DNA of 64,000 nucleotides from a bacterium (GTDB taxonomy: Bacteria > Patescibacteriota > Dojkabacteria > SC72), in assembly GCA_021108295.1 (NCBI GenBank), contig JAIORF010000005.1:72531-136530 (forward strand). The letters are read 5' to 3'. Below the pieces are notes generated by a model. It had not been told where the DNA came from. It was given only the letters and a program-made list of their open reading frames with translations, and searched no databases. A program made the translations under genes and the position numbers. Of this stretch, positions 27,884-39,300 are shown piece after piece; the stretch's first letter is position 1; each line of letters begins with the position of its first letter.

Positions 27884-29585
27884 TATTCATTTCTTTTGAC
27901 AAATTAAGGAATTGTTTTAGGAGTTTTTCACTTTTCTTGATATCTCCTTGTGTTTCCGCTATTGCAATCTTGCGTTTAAGCTCTTTCCCCTTGGTAGTAT
28001 AGTAGTCTTTTCTAATTAGGTTATAAAGGGTGTCTACTTCTTCTTTGTCGTCTACTTGTGAGAAGTTAAATATGGCATTCTCAACAGATTCTTTAAAGTT
28101 TTCTTTTAGTAATTGGTCTTTAGTAACTTCTTTGTGCTTTTGTATATGTTTTAAGATTTTTTTAACATCAGGATCTGTAAAATATTTGAGTTTGTAGTTT
28201 TTTGGTATAGATATTTCTTCCGGGATGAGGATTGCGCAAAGGAGTTTTTCTTGACGTGAAATCATGGTAGTGGTGCTTGTAGAGGTTTTCTTTTGTGTCT
28301 GTATGTAGGGGGTATTTTTATTTAGTAGGTTCTTACGTATTTCATCGATATTTGCACTGTCAAAGAAGTTTCTATTTAGTAATACATTGATGTATATTGA
28401 TCTGAGGGAAGGGTTTTGGACTTCTGCTAGGAGCTTTTTGGTCCAATTTAGTGTGGATGTTATATCTGTGTAGTCTGTAGAGTTGAGTTTTTCGATTTTT
28501 TTACTAAAGAGGAAGGAAAAGAGGTCGGTTTTTCTTTTAATTAGCTTTTTTAGTAGTTTTGGATCTTTTTGTAGCATTTCGTCTATGTCTGTGAATGGTT
28601 CTGGAGAGGCTGCATATGCTTGCAGGTTGAGTTTGCTTATGAGTAGGAAGGCTCTTTGCATTGCGGCTTGTCCTGCACTATCGCTATCGAAGAGGAAGAA
28701 GAGGTTTTTTGTTAGTTTTGAGAGGTTGGTAAGTTGTTCGAGTGTTAGTGCTGTTCCAAGTGGTGCGACGATGTTTTCTATTCCATGTTGGTGTGCTGCT
28801 ATTACATCGGTTTGGCCTTCACATATGATGACTAAATCTTTCTTTCTGATTGCTTTTCTAGATTCATATTGTCCGAAGATGTTGTCTTTCTTGTGGTATA
28901 TGGGGGTTTCTGGAGTATTCATATATTTAGGGCCTTTGTCGTATTCGGGGAGTGTTCTTCCTGAAAAGCCGACTACTTTTCCAGAGGAGGTTCTTATTGG
29001 GAACATTATTCTTTTGAAGAATTTACTTCTTAGTTTGTTTCCTTTTAGTGTAAAAAGCCCAGAGTCTAGTAATTCTTTTTTGTTAAATTTGATTTTTCCT
29101 GTCTGTAGATGTTCTAGTAATTGGTATCCTCCAGAGGCGTATCCGATACCAAATTTAAAGATACTGTCGTCACTAAATCCTCTGTTTTTCATATATTCAA
29201 GGGCTTTTTTGTTTTTTTTGAGCTCTTTGTAGAAATATCTAGCAGCAAGGGTGTTAATTTCATAGAGTTTTGCTAGGTGGGTGTTGATTTTAGGTTTTTT
29301 GAGTATCACTCCTGCTTCTTTTGCTAATTTCTCCAGAGTTTCAGGGAAATCGATATTTTCCACGTTTTGGATGAAGTTGAAGATGTCTCCAGATTCTCCA
29401 CAACCAAAGCATTTGTATCGTTGTAATTCGGGACTTACTATGAAGGAGGGAGTTTTTTCGTTATGGAATGGGCATAGGCCAGAAAAGTTCTTTCCAGCTG
29501 ATTTAAGTTGAACATATTTACTAATCTCGTTTATAATATCTATACGAGATCTTATTTCTTCAATTTGTATTCGATTTCCATCCAT
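27876..29585 (-). CDS. dnaG: DNA primase
   Basis: CPFHNEKTPSF, CFGC, RIMFPI, KYMNTPET, EGQTD, FDSDSAG. Confidence 0.96.
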   Translation of the reverse strand: MDGNRIQIEEIRSRIDIINEISKYVQLKSAGKNFSGLCPFHNEKTPSFIVSPELQRYKCFGCGESGDIFNFIQNVENIDFPETLEKLAKEAGVILKKPKINTHLAKLYEINTLAARYFYKELKKNKKALEYMKNRGFSDDSIFKFGIGYASGGYQLLEHLQTGKIKFNKKELLDSGLFTLKGNKLRSKFFKRIMFPIRTSSGKVVGFSGRTLPEYDKGPKYMNTPETPIYHKKDNIFGQYESRKAIRKKDLVIICEGQTDVIAAHQHGIENIVAPLGTALTLEQLTNLSKLTKNLFFLFDSDSAGQAAMQRAFLLISKLNLQAYAASPEPFTDIDEMLQKDPKLLKKLIKRKTDLFSFLFSKKIEKLNSTDYTDITSTLNWTKKLLAEVQNPSLRSIYINVLLNRNFFDSANIDEIRKNLLNKNTPYIQTQKKTSTSTTTMISRQEKLLCAILIPEEISIPKNYKLKYFTDPDVKKILKHIQKHKEVTKDQLLKENFKESVENAIFNFSQVDDKEEVDTLYNLIRKDYYTTKGKELKRKIAIAETQGDIKKSEKLLKQFLNLSKEMNND

Positions 29586-29600
29586 AGGGTATTATATCAA

Positions 29601-30542
29601 TTATTCGCAATCAAGTTGCTTTTCTTTTGTAATATTGCATGAGAGGAAGCCTACATTGTTGCTGTTTATGGGTATATCTACGTTTTCATTGTTAAAGAAT
29701 ATTTGTGTACTACCAATCTTTCCGGTTGTAAATGAGAAACTTTCTTTTACTTCGTATTCATATTCTTCTCCTACCTGAACTATTTGAGAGAGTTCGTTGT
29801 TTTTGTCAATATCTAGTCGTACCCATACTGAAGAGATTGAAATGGTAAGCTTGATTGTATTCTGTTTCTCTATTTCTTCTTCTTCCTCCGCTTCTATCTC
29901 TTGTGGTGCGTTGTAGGTTATTTTGATAATCTCTATACTTTCTTGGGTATTGTTGCTTTTTTTGGAGGTTATGGTTATTAAGTTTATACCAGAGTTAAGG
30001 GATATTTCTGTATGGAAATTTCCATCCGAAGATGTTTCTACTGGCAAATCATTGACAAAAAGAGATGCGTTTGGGTCAGTTGTTCCAGAGACTTCGATGA
30101 GTTCTTCTTCTACGGTACTATCGTTGTCAGGAGAAGTTATTAATATCTTAGGAGGACTTTGAAATTGATAGATTTGATATCCAATGTAGGTGAGGGAACC
30201 TATTAGAAAGCCTACGGAAAGGAGGATAGCGAGGAGTCTTGGGGTGATCGAGGGAAGTTTGTTTTTCACTTTATGTGTTTCACGGAAGCTCTCACTTAGT
30301 TTAGCCTTGAAAGGAACGCTTCTTCTGTATATGGCGAGAATTCTGTCTGTATTGAGATTGAGGTAGGAGGCATAGATTTTTAAGAATCCTTGGGCATAGA
30401 CGTCTGAGTCGAATTTGTCAAAATCGTTGAGTTCAAGATATTTAAGGAATCTTAATTGAATCTTAGTGTCTAAAGATGCTTCGTTTAGAGTTTTATTTAA
30501 GAGTTTTCTTTGTTTTTTAAGTACTTCGCCTACTGTAATCAT
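29601..30542 (-). CDS. RodZ-like HTH membrane protein with Ig-like domain
   Basis: VGEVLKKQR..TKIQ..YAQGFLKIYASYL HTH, TM, Ig-like ITSP..VSGTT; downstream of ftsK. Confidence 0.75.
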   Translation of the reverse strand: MITVGEVLKKQRKLLNKTLNEASLDTKIQLRFLKYLELNDFDKFDSDVYAQGFLKIYASYLNLNTDRILAIYRRSVPFKAKLSESFRETHKVKNKLPSITPRLLAILLSVGFLIGSLTYIGYQIYQFQSPPKILITSPDNDSTVEEELIEVSGTTDPNASLFVNDLPVETSSDGNFHTEISLNSGINLITITSKKSNNTQESIEIIKITYNAPQEIEAEEEEEIEKQNTIKLTISISSVWVRLDIDKNNELSQIVQVGEEYEYEVKESFSFTTGKIGSTQIFFNNENVDIPINSNNVGFLSCNITKEKQLDCE

Positions 30543-30561
30543 AGGTATAGTATATCAGATA

Positions 30562-32775
30562 CTAGATGTCTGCTGTATTATCTCCTAGTACTTGTTGGGC
30601 ATTGCTAATGAGGACGTCTCGTGGTTTTGATCCGTCTTGCGGACTGATTGCTCCAGCTCTTTCTAATTGCTCCATGAGTCTTGCAGCCTTGTTGTACCCT
30701 ATCTTCAACCTTCTTTGTAGGTATGATGCAGAGGCTTTGTTTGCTGCGAGTATAACATCGAGAGCTTTTTCAAATTCGGGGTCTCTTTCTCCAGAGGAGC
30801 TGTCTTCATCATCTGCTGATATCCCTTTTTCAATAGCGCTGGTTAGATCATCAGAATATTGGACTTCTTTGTTTTCCATTTGTTTCTTAATGTGTGCAAG
30901 CATACTCTCTGTATCTTTAGTATCTGTAAGTGTTCCTTGGATACGTATTGATTTTGGAGTAGTGTTATCTTTGTACAGGAGGTCACCGTTTCCTAGAAGT
31001 GTTTCAGCTCCTACCTGGTCTAGGATGATTCTTGATTCCATAGCAGTAGCTACAGAGTATGCAATTCTTCCAGGGACATTTGCTTTGATTAGTCCAGTAA
31101 TTACCTGTGCACTTGGTCTTTGTGTTGCGAGTATTAGGTGAACACCTACAGCTCTTCCCATTTGTGCAAGTCTTTGGATTTTTGCTTCTACATCGTTTCC
31201 TGCTGTAAGCATTAGGTCTGCCATCTCATCTATTATCACTACAATGTATGGCATTGCACTGTATCCTAGAGATTCGTTGTATTCTGTGACTTTCTTTACA
31301 TGTGCTTGTTTTAATATTCTGTACCGTTTGTTCATCTCTTCAATACACCATTGCAAAGCGTTTCCTACTAGTTCCATATCTGTAATTACAGGGTTGAGTA
31401 GGTGTGGGAGTCCGTTGTAAAGAGAGAGTTCGACCATTTTTGGGTCAATCATGATGAATTTCACATCATCTGGGGTTTTTGTGTAGAGAAGGCCTGTAAT
31501 TATGGAGTTGACCCCTACTGACTTACCTGTACCTGTGGCTCCTGCTACGAGTAGATGTGGAATCTTTGTGAGGTCTTTGATTACTGTTCTTCCAGTGATA
31601 TCTTTTCCTAGGAGTAGTGGGAGTTCGTAGAGTTTCTCTTCAGATTTTAGTTTTTTAACCATATCTTTTACATATACATAGTTTGGTGTTGGATTTGGAA
31701 TCTCTACACCGATGTAAGAGGTTCCTGGTATTGGTGCCTCTATTCTTACAGAAGAATTTTGTGATGCAAGTGCTAATGCTAGATCATTTCCTAAGTTTCT
31801 AATCCTACTAACCTTCGTGCCTACAGAGATACTTAGTGAGTATCTCACCACTGTTGGACCAATTGCAATTTGGACAACCTTACCGTCGATACCAAAACTT
31901 TTAAGAGTAGATTCGATAACGAGGGCATCTTTTTTGTATCTGTCTTTGTTTTGGCTTTGTTTTTCAGGCTCTTTTAATAAATCTAGTGTAGGGAATATCC
32001 AATTAGTGTACCGAGGTTTACTGGGTTGTAAATCGCCATCTTTTTTTGTAGAGCTGTCGTCTTTCTGTGGTTGTGGTGAAGAGATCTCTTCGGTGTATTG
32101 TTCTGTTTCTTCTTGAATGAGGGGTTCTTTCTCCTCTGTTTGTATGGGTATGTCAAGGCTCTCGTCTTCTGAGGATTTTAGTATCTTTTCAAATCTTTTT
32201 TCGGCATCTTGCTCTTTCTTAGGCTTACCTTCAAATTTGAAGAATTTTTTTAGTGAAAACTTGTCATCATCTTTTGGTTCTGCAACAAAATCACTAATTT
32301 GTTCTAATGTAGTACCTGTGATGAGGGAGAATGCAACAATTAGAATTAGAAGGATTATGATTATTTCAATAAATTGGCCTACAATCCCATTGAGGAGTAA
32401 ATGTATTTCTCTACCCAATATTCCACCAGAGTTTGATAGTTCTGCATTATTTTGCATTTTTTCAGGGTCCATCCATATTGCGAGTAGTGTTGCAATTGTA
32501 AATGCGGATATTGTTAAGCCCACTATTTGTTTAATAGAGGTAAATTTCTTTCCGCGGGTGATGAGGTTGAGCGCAACAAAGAGGGTGGGAAGACTGAATA
32601 CTAATGCTGAGAAACCGAGGAAAAGACGTATTTGGTCAAAGACGACCGCGTTGTCATTTACAAATGGAGTTACTAAGAGTATGAGGCCAGCTATGAGGAG
32701 GAGCATCCCTAAGAGAATCTTAGTTTCACTACTTTGAATATTGAGGCTTCCTTTTCTCTTTTTCTTTCTAGACAT
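30562..32775 (-). CDS. ftsK: DNA translocase FtsK/SpoIIIE
   Basis: PHLLVAGATGTGKS, IDEMADLM, ATQRPS, gamma domain LQRRLKIGYNKAA. Confidence 0.95.
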   Translation of the reverse strand: MSRKKKRKGSLNIQSSETKILLGMLLLIAGLILLVTPFVNDNAVVFDQIRLFLGFSALVFSLPTLFVALNLITRGKKFTSIKQIVGLTISAFTIATLLAIWMDPEKMQNNAELSNSGGILGREIHLLLNGIVGQFIEIIIILLILIVAFSLITGTTLEQISDFVAEPKDDDKFSLKKFFKFEGKPKKEQDAEKRFEKILKSSEDESLDIPIQTEEKEPLIQEETEQYTEEISSPQPQKDDSSTKKDGDLQPSKPRYTNWIFPTLDLLKEPEKQSQNKDRYKKDALVIESTLKSFGIDGKVVQIAIGPTVVRYSLSISVGTKVSRIRNLGNDLALALASQNSSVRIEAPIPGTSYIGVEIPNPTPNYVYVKDMVKKLKSEEKLYELPLLLGKDITGRTVIKDLTKIPHLLVAGATGTGKSVGVNSIITGLLYTKTPDDVKFIMIDPKMVELSLYNGLPHLLNPVITDMELVGNALQWCIEEMNKRYRILKQAHVKKVTEYNESLGYSAMPYIVVIIDEMADLMLTAGNDVEAKIQRLAQMGRAVGVHLILATQRPSAQVITGLIKANVPGRIAYSVATAMESRIILDQVGAETLLGNGDLLYKDNTTPKSIRIQGTLTDTKDTESMLAHIKKQMENKEVQYSDDLTSAIEKGISADDEDSSSGERDPEFEKALDVILAANKASASYLQRRLKIGYNKAARLMEQLERAGAISPQDGSKPRDVLISNAQQVLGDNTADI

Positions 32776-32871
32776 TTTGATAAATAATAAAAGAATTTAA
32801 TGTGTTGATTTTTATGTAATTATAGACTATTATCAACTATATCGATATTTATATCAATTTGTCAAAAACCT

Positions 32872-32900
32872 TTGACTAGAAGTGCTAAATATGTTAGACT
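32872..32900 (+). promoter_or_regulatory. Sigma70-type promoter of rpoBC
   Basis: TTGACT-17-TAGACT. Confidence 0.6.
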
Positions 32901-33019
32901 ACCCGGAGTTATTTTTAAGTTGCTTTATGTAGAGTGATCACCAAACCAATTAGCGTTCCATGTTTTTGGGGTGTAGTGTTCACAAAAAAGATGTAATTTT
33001 AACCTTATAATTATACCGT

Positions 33020-36000
33020 ATGACAAATCCTAAGCGAAATAGTGCATCAAGAATTAATATGGGTAAGGGCTCAGAAGTAGAATTCAAGTTTCCAAATTTA
33101 ATCGAGGCACAGCTTAAGTCTTTTCAGGATTTTTATGATAGTGGTTTTCAAAGGCTTTTTCATGAGATCAGTCCAGTCAAAGATACTATGGAAAAGATGT
33201 GGACGCTTGATTTCAAATCATTTAGATATGGAGATCCATATAGAAGTATAGAGGATTCTTTAGCTAAGGGGCTCTCATACGAGGTTCCAGTTTACGCTAC
33301 TGTTCAACTTCTCAACAACAAGACAGGGGAAATTAAAGAACAAGAGATATTTGTTGCAGATTTACCTTTGATGTCATCTGATGGTGTCTTTATAGTAAAT
33401 GGTGTTAGCAGAGTTGTGACTCATCAAATTGTTAGAGCTGAGGGTGTGATATATGAGTTGGCTGAGAAATTACAATTAAAAAATCTTTACAAGGTTAAAT
33501 TGATGCCAGGCCGAGGGCCTTGGTATGAAATTGATATTAACAGGCACAACGTTGTGTCTATGAGAATATTACCAAAGAGACCAAGAGTTCTAATTACGGA
33601 GCTTTTGAGAGTGTTGGGTTATGAGACTGATGAGGAGATTAAATATCTCTTTAAGGATGTAGATACAAATGAGGAAGCCCAATTTATTGAGGCTACATTG
33701 GCAAGGGATTTTACAAAGAGTAAGGAAGAGGCCATTATTAGTATTTACAACAAGTTAAGACCAGATGAATCGGTAACTTTAGAGAGTGCAGAGAAATTTA
33801 TCAAAAGCAATTTCTTTAGTAAAAGAAAGTTCGATTTAGGAAGAGTTGGTAGATACCAATTGAATAGGAAGTTGGGTACTAAATACGATATAGATAATCC
33901 AAAAGAATGCGTCCTCTATCCAGAGGATCTAATTTTGATAGTTAAGAAACTCATCAAGATTAGTAACGGAGAAGATCTTCCTGATGATGTAGATCATCTT
34001 TCAAATAGAAGGATTAGGAGTGTTGGGGAAGTTCTAGAGAGACAATTACTTGCAGGAATTAGAAGATTAGAGAAGAATATTAGAGATAAGATGAGTTTGT
34101 ATGGTAATGATGCTAAGGTTACTCCTTCAATGTTGGTTGGAACAAAACCAATAGCTGCATCTATACTTTCTTTCTTTGGATCAAACGCTTTATCTAGTTT
34201 TATGGATCAGACAAATATTTTGTCTGAATTGGAAAACAAGAGAAAGGTTACTGCTGCAGGTCCAGGAGGTATTACAAAAGAGAGAGCAACTTTCTCTATT
34301 CGAGAGGTTCATAAATCTCAATATGCTAAGTTTGACCCTGTAACAAGTCCAGAAAGTTCCAATATCGGTATTGTCACACAACTAGCTATGCTTGCACATA
34401 TAAATGAGTTTGGATTTTTGGAAGCACCATATAGGAAAGTGAATAATAAGGTAAAAAATAGTAAGAAAGATTTGAAGGGAAGAATATTAAATGAAGATAT
34501 TAAAGGTATAGGTGTAGTTGGAGATAATCTTGATGAGAAGAGAATAGCAAAACTTGTAGCTAAGAAGAAGACACTTAAGGTTATCAAGGTTAAGCCTTTT
34601 GTTTCTGAAGATATAGAATTTTTAGATGCAACCCAAGAAGAGAGTCAATATGTTGGTTCTACATTAATTAAGACAGATGAGAATGACAATATTGTAGAAA
34701 AATTAGTTGCTGTTAGACACGAAGGGGACTTCTTACTAGAAGATGTCAATCGTTTAACTCATACAGACGTTGTATCATATGAACAAGCAGGTTTGGGTAT
34801 GTCTTTAATTCCTTTCGTAGCCCACGATGAAGCTATGAGAGCATTAGCAGGTTCAAACATGCAAAGACAGGGAGTTCCTCTAATCAAGCAGGAGTCTCCG
34901 CTAGTTGGTACTGGAATGGAGAAGGTCGTAGCACGACAATCTAAGTGGGGAGTATTTGCAGAAGATGATGGAGAGGTATTGTATGCTGATGCAAAAAGGC
35001 TAAGTGTTAAGTACAAGAAATTAGGGCTTCAGGATTACAAGCTAACAACATTCCATAGAACAAACGACAACACATGTTTCTCACAAGAGGTTGCAGTGGA
35101 ACCAGGAGACAAATTTAAGAAAGATTCTGTACTAGTTGATGGACCTACAATGATAGATGGAGAATTCTCAGTAGGTACCAATATCAGAACAGCACTAATG
35201 TTCTATGAGGGATACAACTATGAAGATTCTGTTATCATTTCCGATAGAATAGTTACTGATGATATTCTTACATCTATCCATATTCGAGCATATCATTCAG
35301 AGATAAGGGATACTGAACTTGGACCTGAGATGATTACTGCGGATATTCCTCATGTAAATGATAGAATTTTGCAGAAATTAGATGCAGATGGAATTATAAG
35401 AGAAGGACTTAAAGTAAAAGGAGGAGATATTCTAGCAGGTGTTGTAGCTCCAAGAGGAGAAAAAGAACTAACTGCAGAGGAAAGATTGCTCAGAGCTATT
35501 TTTGGAGAATCTGCAAGTGATGTTAGAGATAACTCATTGAGAGTTCCTCACGGTGAAGAGGGTGTCATTATCAGAACTCAAAGACTTTCAACAGCAAATG
35601 GAGACAAATTAGCACCAGGTGTGATAGAAAAGGTCACTATCTGGGTTGCCGATACTAAAAAGTTAAACTATGGAGATAAGATTGCAGGTAGACACGGAGA
35701 CAAAAACACTGTTGCTGCAATTAGACCTGTGGAAGATATGCCATTTACAGCAGATGGAGAACCAGTAGATATTGTATTAACACCTACATTCCTAAAGAGA
35801 ATGAATCTAGGACAAGGAGAAGAGGTTCCTTACGCAAGATATGCAAAATTACTAGGAGAGAAATTTGCATTCCCAATATTTGAAGATATGGATAAGGAAT
35901 GGGTAAAGAAAGAAATGGGAAAACAAGGACACACTATGGATCAGAAACTTGATCTTTACGATGGTAGAACTGGTAAGAAATTCCCAAGGAAGATTACAGT

Positions 36001-36382
36001 AGGATACAAATATGTTCTTAAACTACACCACATTGCTGATGAAAAAGTACATGCAAGATCTACAGGACCATACACTGCAGTAACTCAACAGCCATTAGGT
36101 GGAAAAGCACAAATGGGTGGACAGAGATTTGGTGAGATGGAGGTATGGGCATTAGAATCACACAGTGCGCCTTACGCTCTTCAAGAGATGTTAACAATAA
36201 AAGCAGATGATGTTAAGGGAAGGTCTATAGCATACAAAGCTATCATACATGGTGAAAAGATTGAGGTTACTAATGTCCCCGAATCATTCAAAGTGCTAGT
36301 ACGAGAATTAAATGCACTTTGTCTGAATATGGATTTAATTTCAATAGACTCTAAAGAAGAGGAGGTAGCTGACAATGAATAA
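33020..36382 (+). CDS. rpoB: RNA polymerase beta subunit
   Basis: DDVDHLSNRRIRSVGE, GSNMQRQ, GYNYEDS, GRHGDK, GGQRFGEMEVWALE. Confidence 0.98.
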   Translation: MTNPKRNSASRINMGKGSEVEFKFPNLIEAQLKSFQDFYDSGFQRLFHEISPVKDTMEKMWTLDFKSFRYGDPYRSIEDSLAKGLSYEVPVYATVQLLNNKTGEIKEQEIFVADLPLMSSDGVFIVNGVSRVVTHQIVRAEGVIYELAEKLQLKNLYKVKLMPGRGPWYEIDINRHNVVSMRILPKRPRVLITELLRVLGYETDEEIKYLFKDVDTNEEAQFIEATLARDFTKSKEEAIISIYNKLRPDESVTLESAEKFIKSNFFSKRKFDLGRVGRYQLNRKLGTKYDIDNPKECVLYPEDLILIVKKLIKISNGEDLPDDVDHLSNRRIRSVGEVLERQLLAGIRRLEKNIRDKMSLYGNDAKVTPSMLVGTKPIAASILSFFGSNALSSFMDQTNILSELENKRKVTAAGPGGITKERATFSIREVHKSQYAKFDPVTSPESSNIGIVTQLAMLAHINEFGFLEAPYRKVNNKVKNSKKDLKGRILNEDIKGIGVVGDNLDEKRIAKLVAKKKTLKVIKVKPFVSEDIEFLDATQEESQYVGSTLIKTDENDNIVEKLVAVRHEGDFLLEDVNRLTHTDVVSYEQAGLGMSLIPFVAHDEAMRALAGSNMQRQGVPLIKQESPLVGTGMEKVVARQSKWGVFAEDDGEVLYADAKRLSVKYKKLGLQDYKLTTFHRTNDNTCFSQEVAVEPGDKFKKDSVLVDGPTMIDGEFSVGTNIRTALMFYEGYNYEDSVIISDRIVTDDILTSIHIRAYHSEIRDTELGPEMITADIPHVNDRILQKLDADGIIREGLKVKGGDILAGVVAPRGEKELTAEERLLRAIFGESASDVRDNSLRVPHGEEGVIIRTQRLSTANGDKLAPGVIEKVTIWVADTKKLNYGDKIAGRHGDKNTVAAIRPVEDMPFTADGEPVDIVLTPTFLKRMNLGQGEEVPYARYAKLLGEKFAFPIFEDMDKEWVKKEMGKQGHTMDQKLDLYDGRTGKKFPRKITVGYKYVLKLHHIADEKVHARSTGPYTAVTQQPLGGKAQMGGQRFGEMEVWALESHSAPYALQEMLTIKADDVKGRSIAYKAIIHGEKIEVTNVPESFKVLVRELNALCLNMDLISIDSKEEEVADNE

Positions 36383-39300
36383 CAAAAACAATATATACGC
36401 AAGTTTTGAAGCGCTTAAATTATCCCTTGCTTCACCAGAACAGATCTTAGAATGGTCATACGGCGAAGTCACTAAGTCTGAGACTATCAATTACAGAACA
36501 TTCAAAGCAGAACCTGAAGGTCTTTTCTGTGAAAAGATATTTGGCCCAACAAAAAACTATGAGTGTTACTGTGGAAAGTACAAGAAGATTAGATATAAAG
36601 GGATTGTTTGTGATAAGTGTGGTGTTGAAGTAACAACAAAAGATGTAAGAAGAGAAAGAATGGGACATGTTAAATTAGCAGTACCTGTTGCTCACGTATG
36701 GTTTGCATATGGAGTTCCAAACAAAATGGCCATAGTCTTAAATATGTCTCACAAGAAATTACTCTCTGTAATTTACTACACGAGATATATGGTAATAGAG
36801 ATTGAAAAAAAATTAAGAAAAGAAACTCTTAAGAAAGCTCAAGCCCTTAAAACTCAAGATACAGACTCCTTACAATCAGAACTAGAAGAAGAGATTAAGC
36901 TCTCTTCAAAAGATTTTGATGGAAACATCAAAGAATCTAAGAAAGAAGGTGCTGATGAGTTTAAACTCAGTCAATTAGAACACAAAAAGAAACAAAGTTT
37001 AGCAAAAATAAGGAGAGAATTTGCAGAAAGAGAAGAAATAATTGAAATCTTTTACGATAGAATATTCCAACTGATAGAAAGTATCGAAATTGGAGAGACT
37101 CTTACAGAAGATGAATATATCGACCTAGAAGATAGAGACCTACTCTTTTTTAATGCCAAGATGGGAGCTCAAGCGATTAAGAAACTTCTTGACGATTTAG
37201 ACATTTCAGGAGAAGTGGCTAGATTAAGAAAAGATGCTAAAGAGCAAAAAGGAGAAAAGAAAGCCTCTACAATCAAAAGACTACAATATCTAGAAGGATT
37301 CTTAAAGAATGATATTGACCCAACATGGATGGTTATTGATGTATTACCAGTACTACCTCCAGAACTAAGACCTATTATCCCTCTATCCGGTGGTAAATTT
37401 GCAACATCTGACCTAAACGACCTCTACAGAAGAATTGTAACTAGAAACAACCGTCTAAGCAGACTAATTGAAATTGGTGCCCCCGAAGTTATTCTTAGAA
37501 ATGAAAAAAGGATGCTCCAAGAATCAGTTGATGCTTTGATAGACAACTCTCACAGACCATCTAAACCAATGATGAATAGTAAGAGATTGCCATATCAATC
37601 ACTAACAGACGATTTAAGAGGTAAGAAAGGTATCTTTAGAAAAAACCTACTTGGTAAACGAGTAGACTACTCTGGACGTGCCGTTATCGACGGAGATCCA
37701 AGTCTAAAGATAGACCAATGTGGTCTTCCAAAAGCAGTAGCATTGGAAATGTTCAAACCTTTTGTAATACACGAATTGCTTGAAGCAGAGCTTGCTCCAA
37801 ACATTAGAATTGCAAAAGAACAAATTGAAGAGGAAGAAGATATAGTATGGGATTTACTTGAGAAAGTAATTGATGGTAAACCCGTATTACTTAATCGTGC
37901 TCCAACACTTCATAAGTACAGTATTCAAGCTTTCTACCCTAGATTGGTAGAAGGAGATGCAATTAGATTACACCCATTAGTATGTAAGGCATTTAATGCT
38001 GACTTCGATGGAGATCAAATGGCTGTACATGTACTTTTGACACAAGAAGCTCTTGATGAGGCTAAGGAGAACATGATGGCTTCTAAGAATGTAGTAAATA
38101 TATCTAACGGTTTGGTGCTTGCTACTCCAAGTAAAGATATGTTGCTTGGATTCTTTATGCTAACCGACTTAAATGAAGTTAAGAAACCAAGAATTTTTGC
38201 ATCTACGGATTTAGCAGTAAAAGCATACGAAAGAGATGTTATAAACGCAAATGAAGAAATTTTGGTAAAGATAAACGATGAGGTTGTAAATACTTCTGTA
38301 GGTAGAGTGATTTTTAACAATATTCTTCCAGAAGACTACACCTTTATCAACGAAAGAATCGGTGGAACACAGATTAGAGAGATTGCTAACGATCTAAAAG
38401 ATAACTATCCTTGGGATCTTTTAGTTGAGACTCTTGATAATCTCAAACTATTAGGATTTAAATATGCAACGGACATTGGTTTCACAATGGCTCCTGAGGA
38501 TTGTAAGATTGATTTTGATCTTGAGAGTAGAATTGCAGAGATGGATAAGAAGGATGAACAGCTTCAGGATAACTACCTACAAGGTCTAATCACAGAGTCA
38601 GAGAAGATTAATCTTTCTATTACTATGTGGAATGATTTTGCAACAGAATTGGCAGATGAAGCATGGGAAGAGTTGGATAAGAACAACCCTATCTTCGAGA
38701 TGGTAGAGTCAGGTGCCAATGGTGGTAAGATTCAAGCAAGACAGGTACTTACAATCAAAGGTATGGTAAGAGATTCTAGAGGTAATTGGGTACCACTTCC
38801 GATTAAGGGTAACTACAGAGATGGACTAAGTTCTTTTGAATACTTTGTTGCTGCTAATGGTGGTAGGAAAGGTATTGCAGACAGATCTCTTAGAACTTCA
38901 TCTACTGGATACTTAACCAGAAAACTTGTAGATGTAGCACACGATGTAATCATTAGAGATGATAATTGTGGCTACGAGGGAGAGGGTTTAAGCATGAAGA
39001 GAGATGATGATAGGAGAATGACATTCGCTTCTAGAATATTTGGGAGAGTTTTAGCTCAGAATGTAGTAAGTGGTAAAAAGACTTTACTAAAGAAGGATGA
39101 GGCAATTACAAAAGAGATGAGTTACACTATCGATGAAGCAGGTATTGATGAGATATTCGTAAGATCACCATTACTTTGTAAGTCTCCATACGGTCTTTGT
39201 GCAAAATGTTATGGTCTTAATCTTGAAAATGGTACAGAGATAGATATGGGTAGAGCTGTGGGTGTAATAGCGGCACAGTCTATCGGAGAACCTGGTACAC

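Noticed and set aside
32881-32888. CIRCE half-site AGTGCTAA in the rpoB promoter
   Set aside because: No TTAGCA partner at 27-bp spacing.
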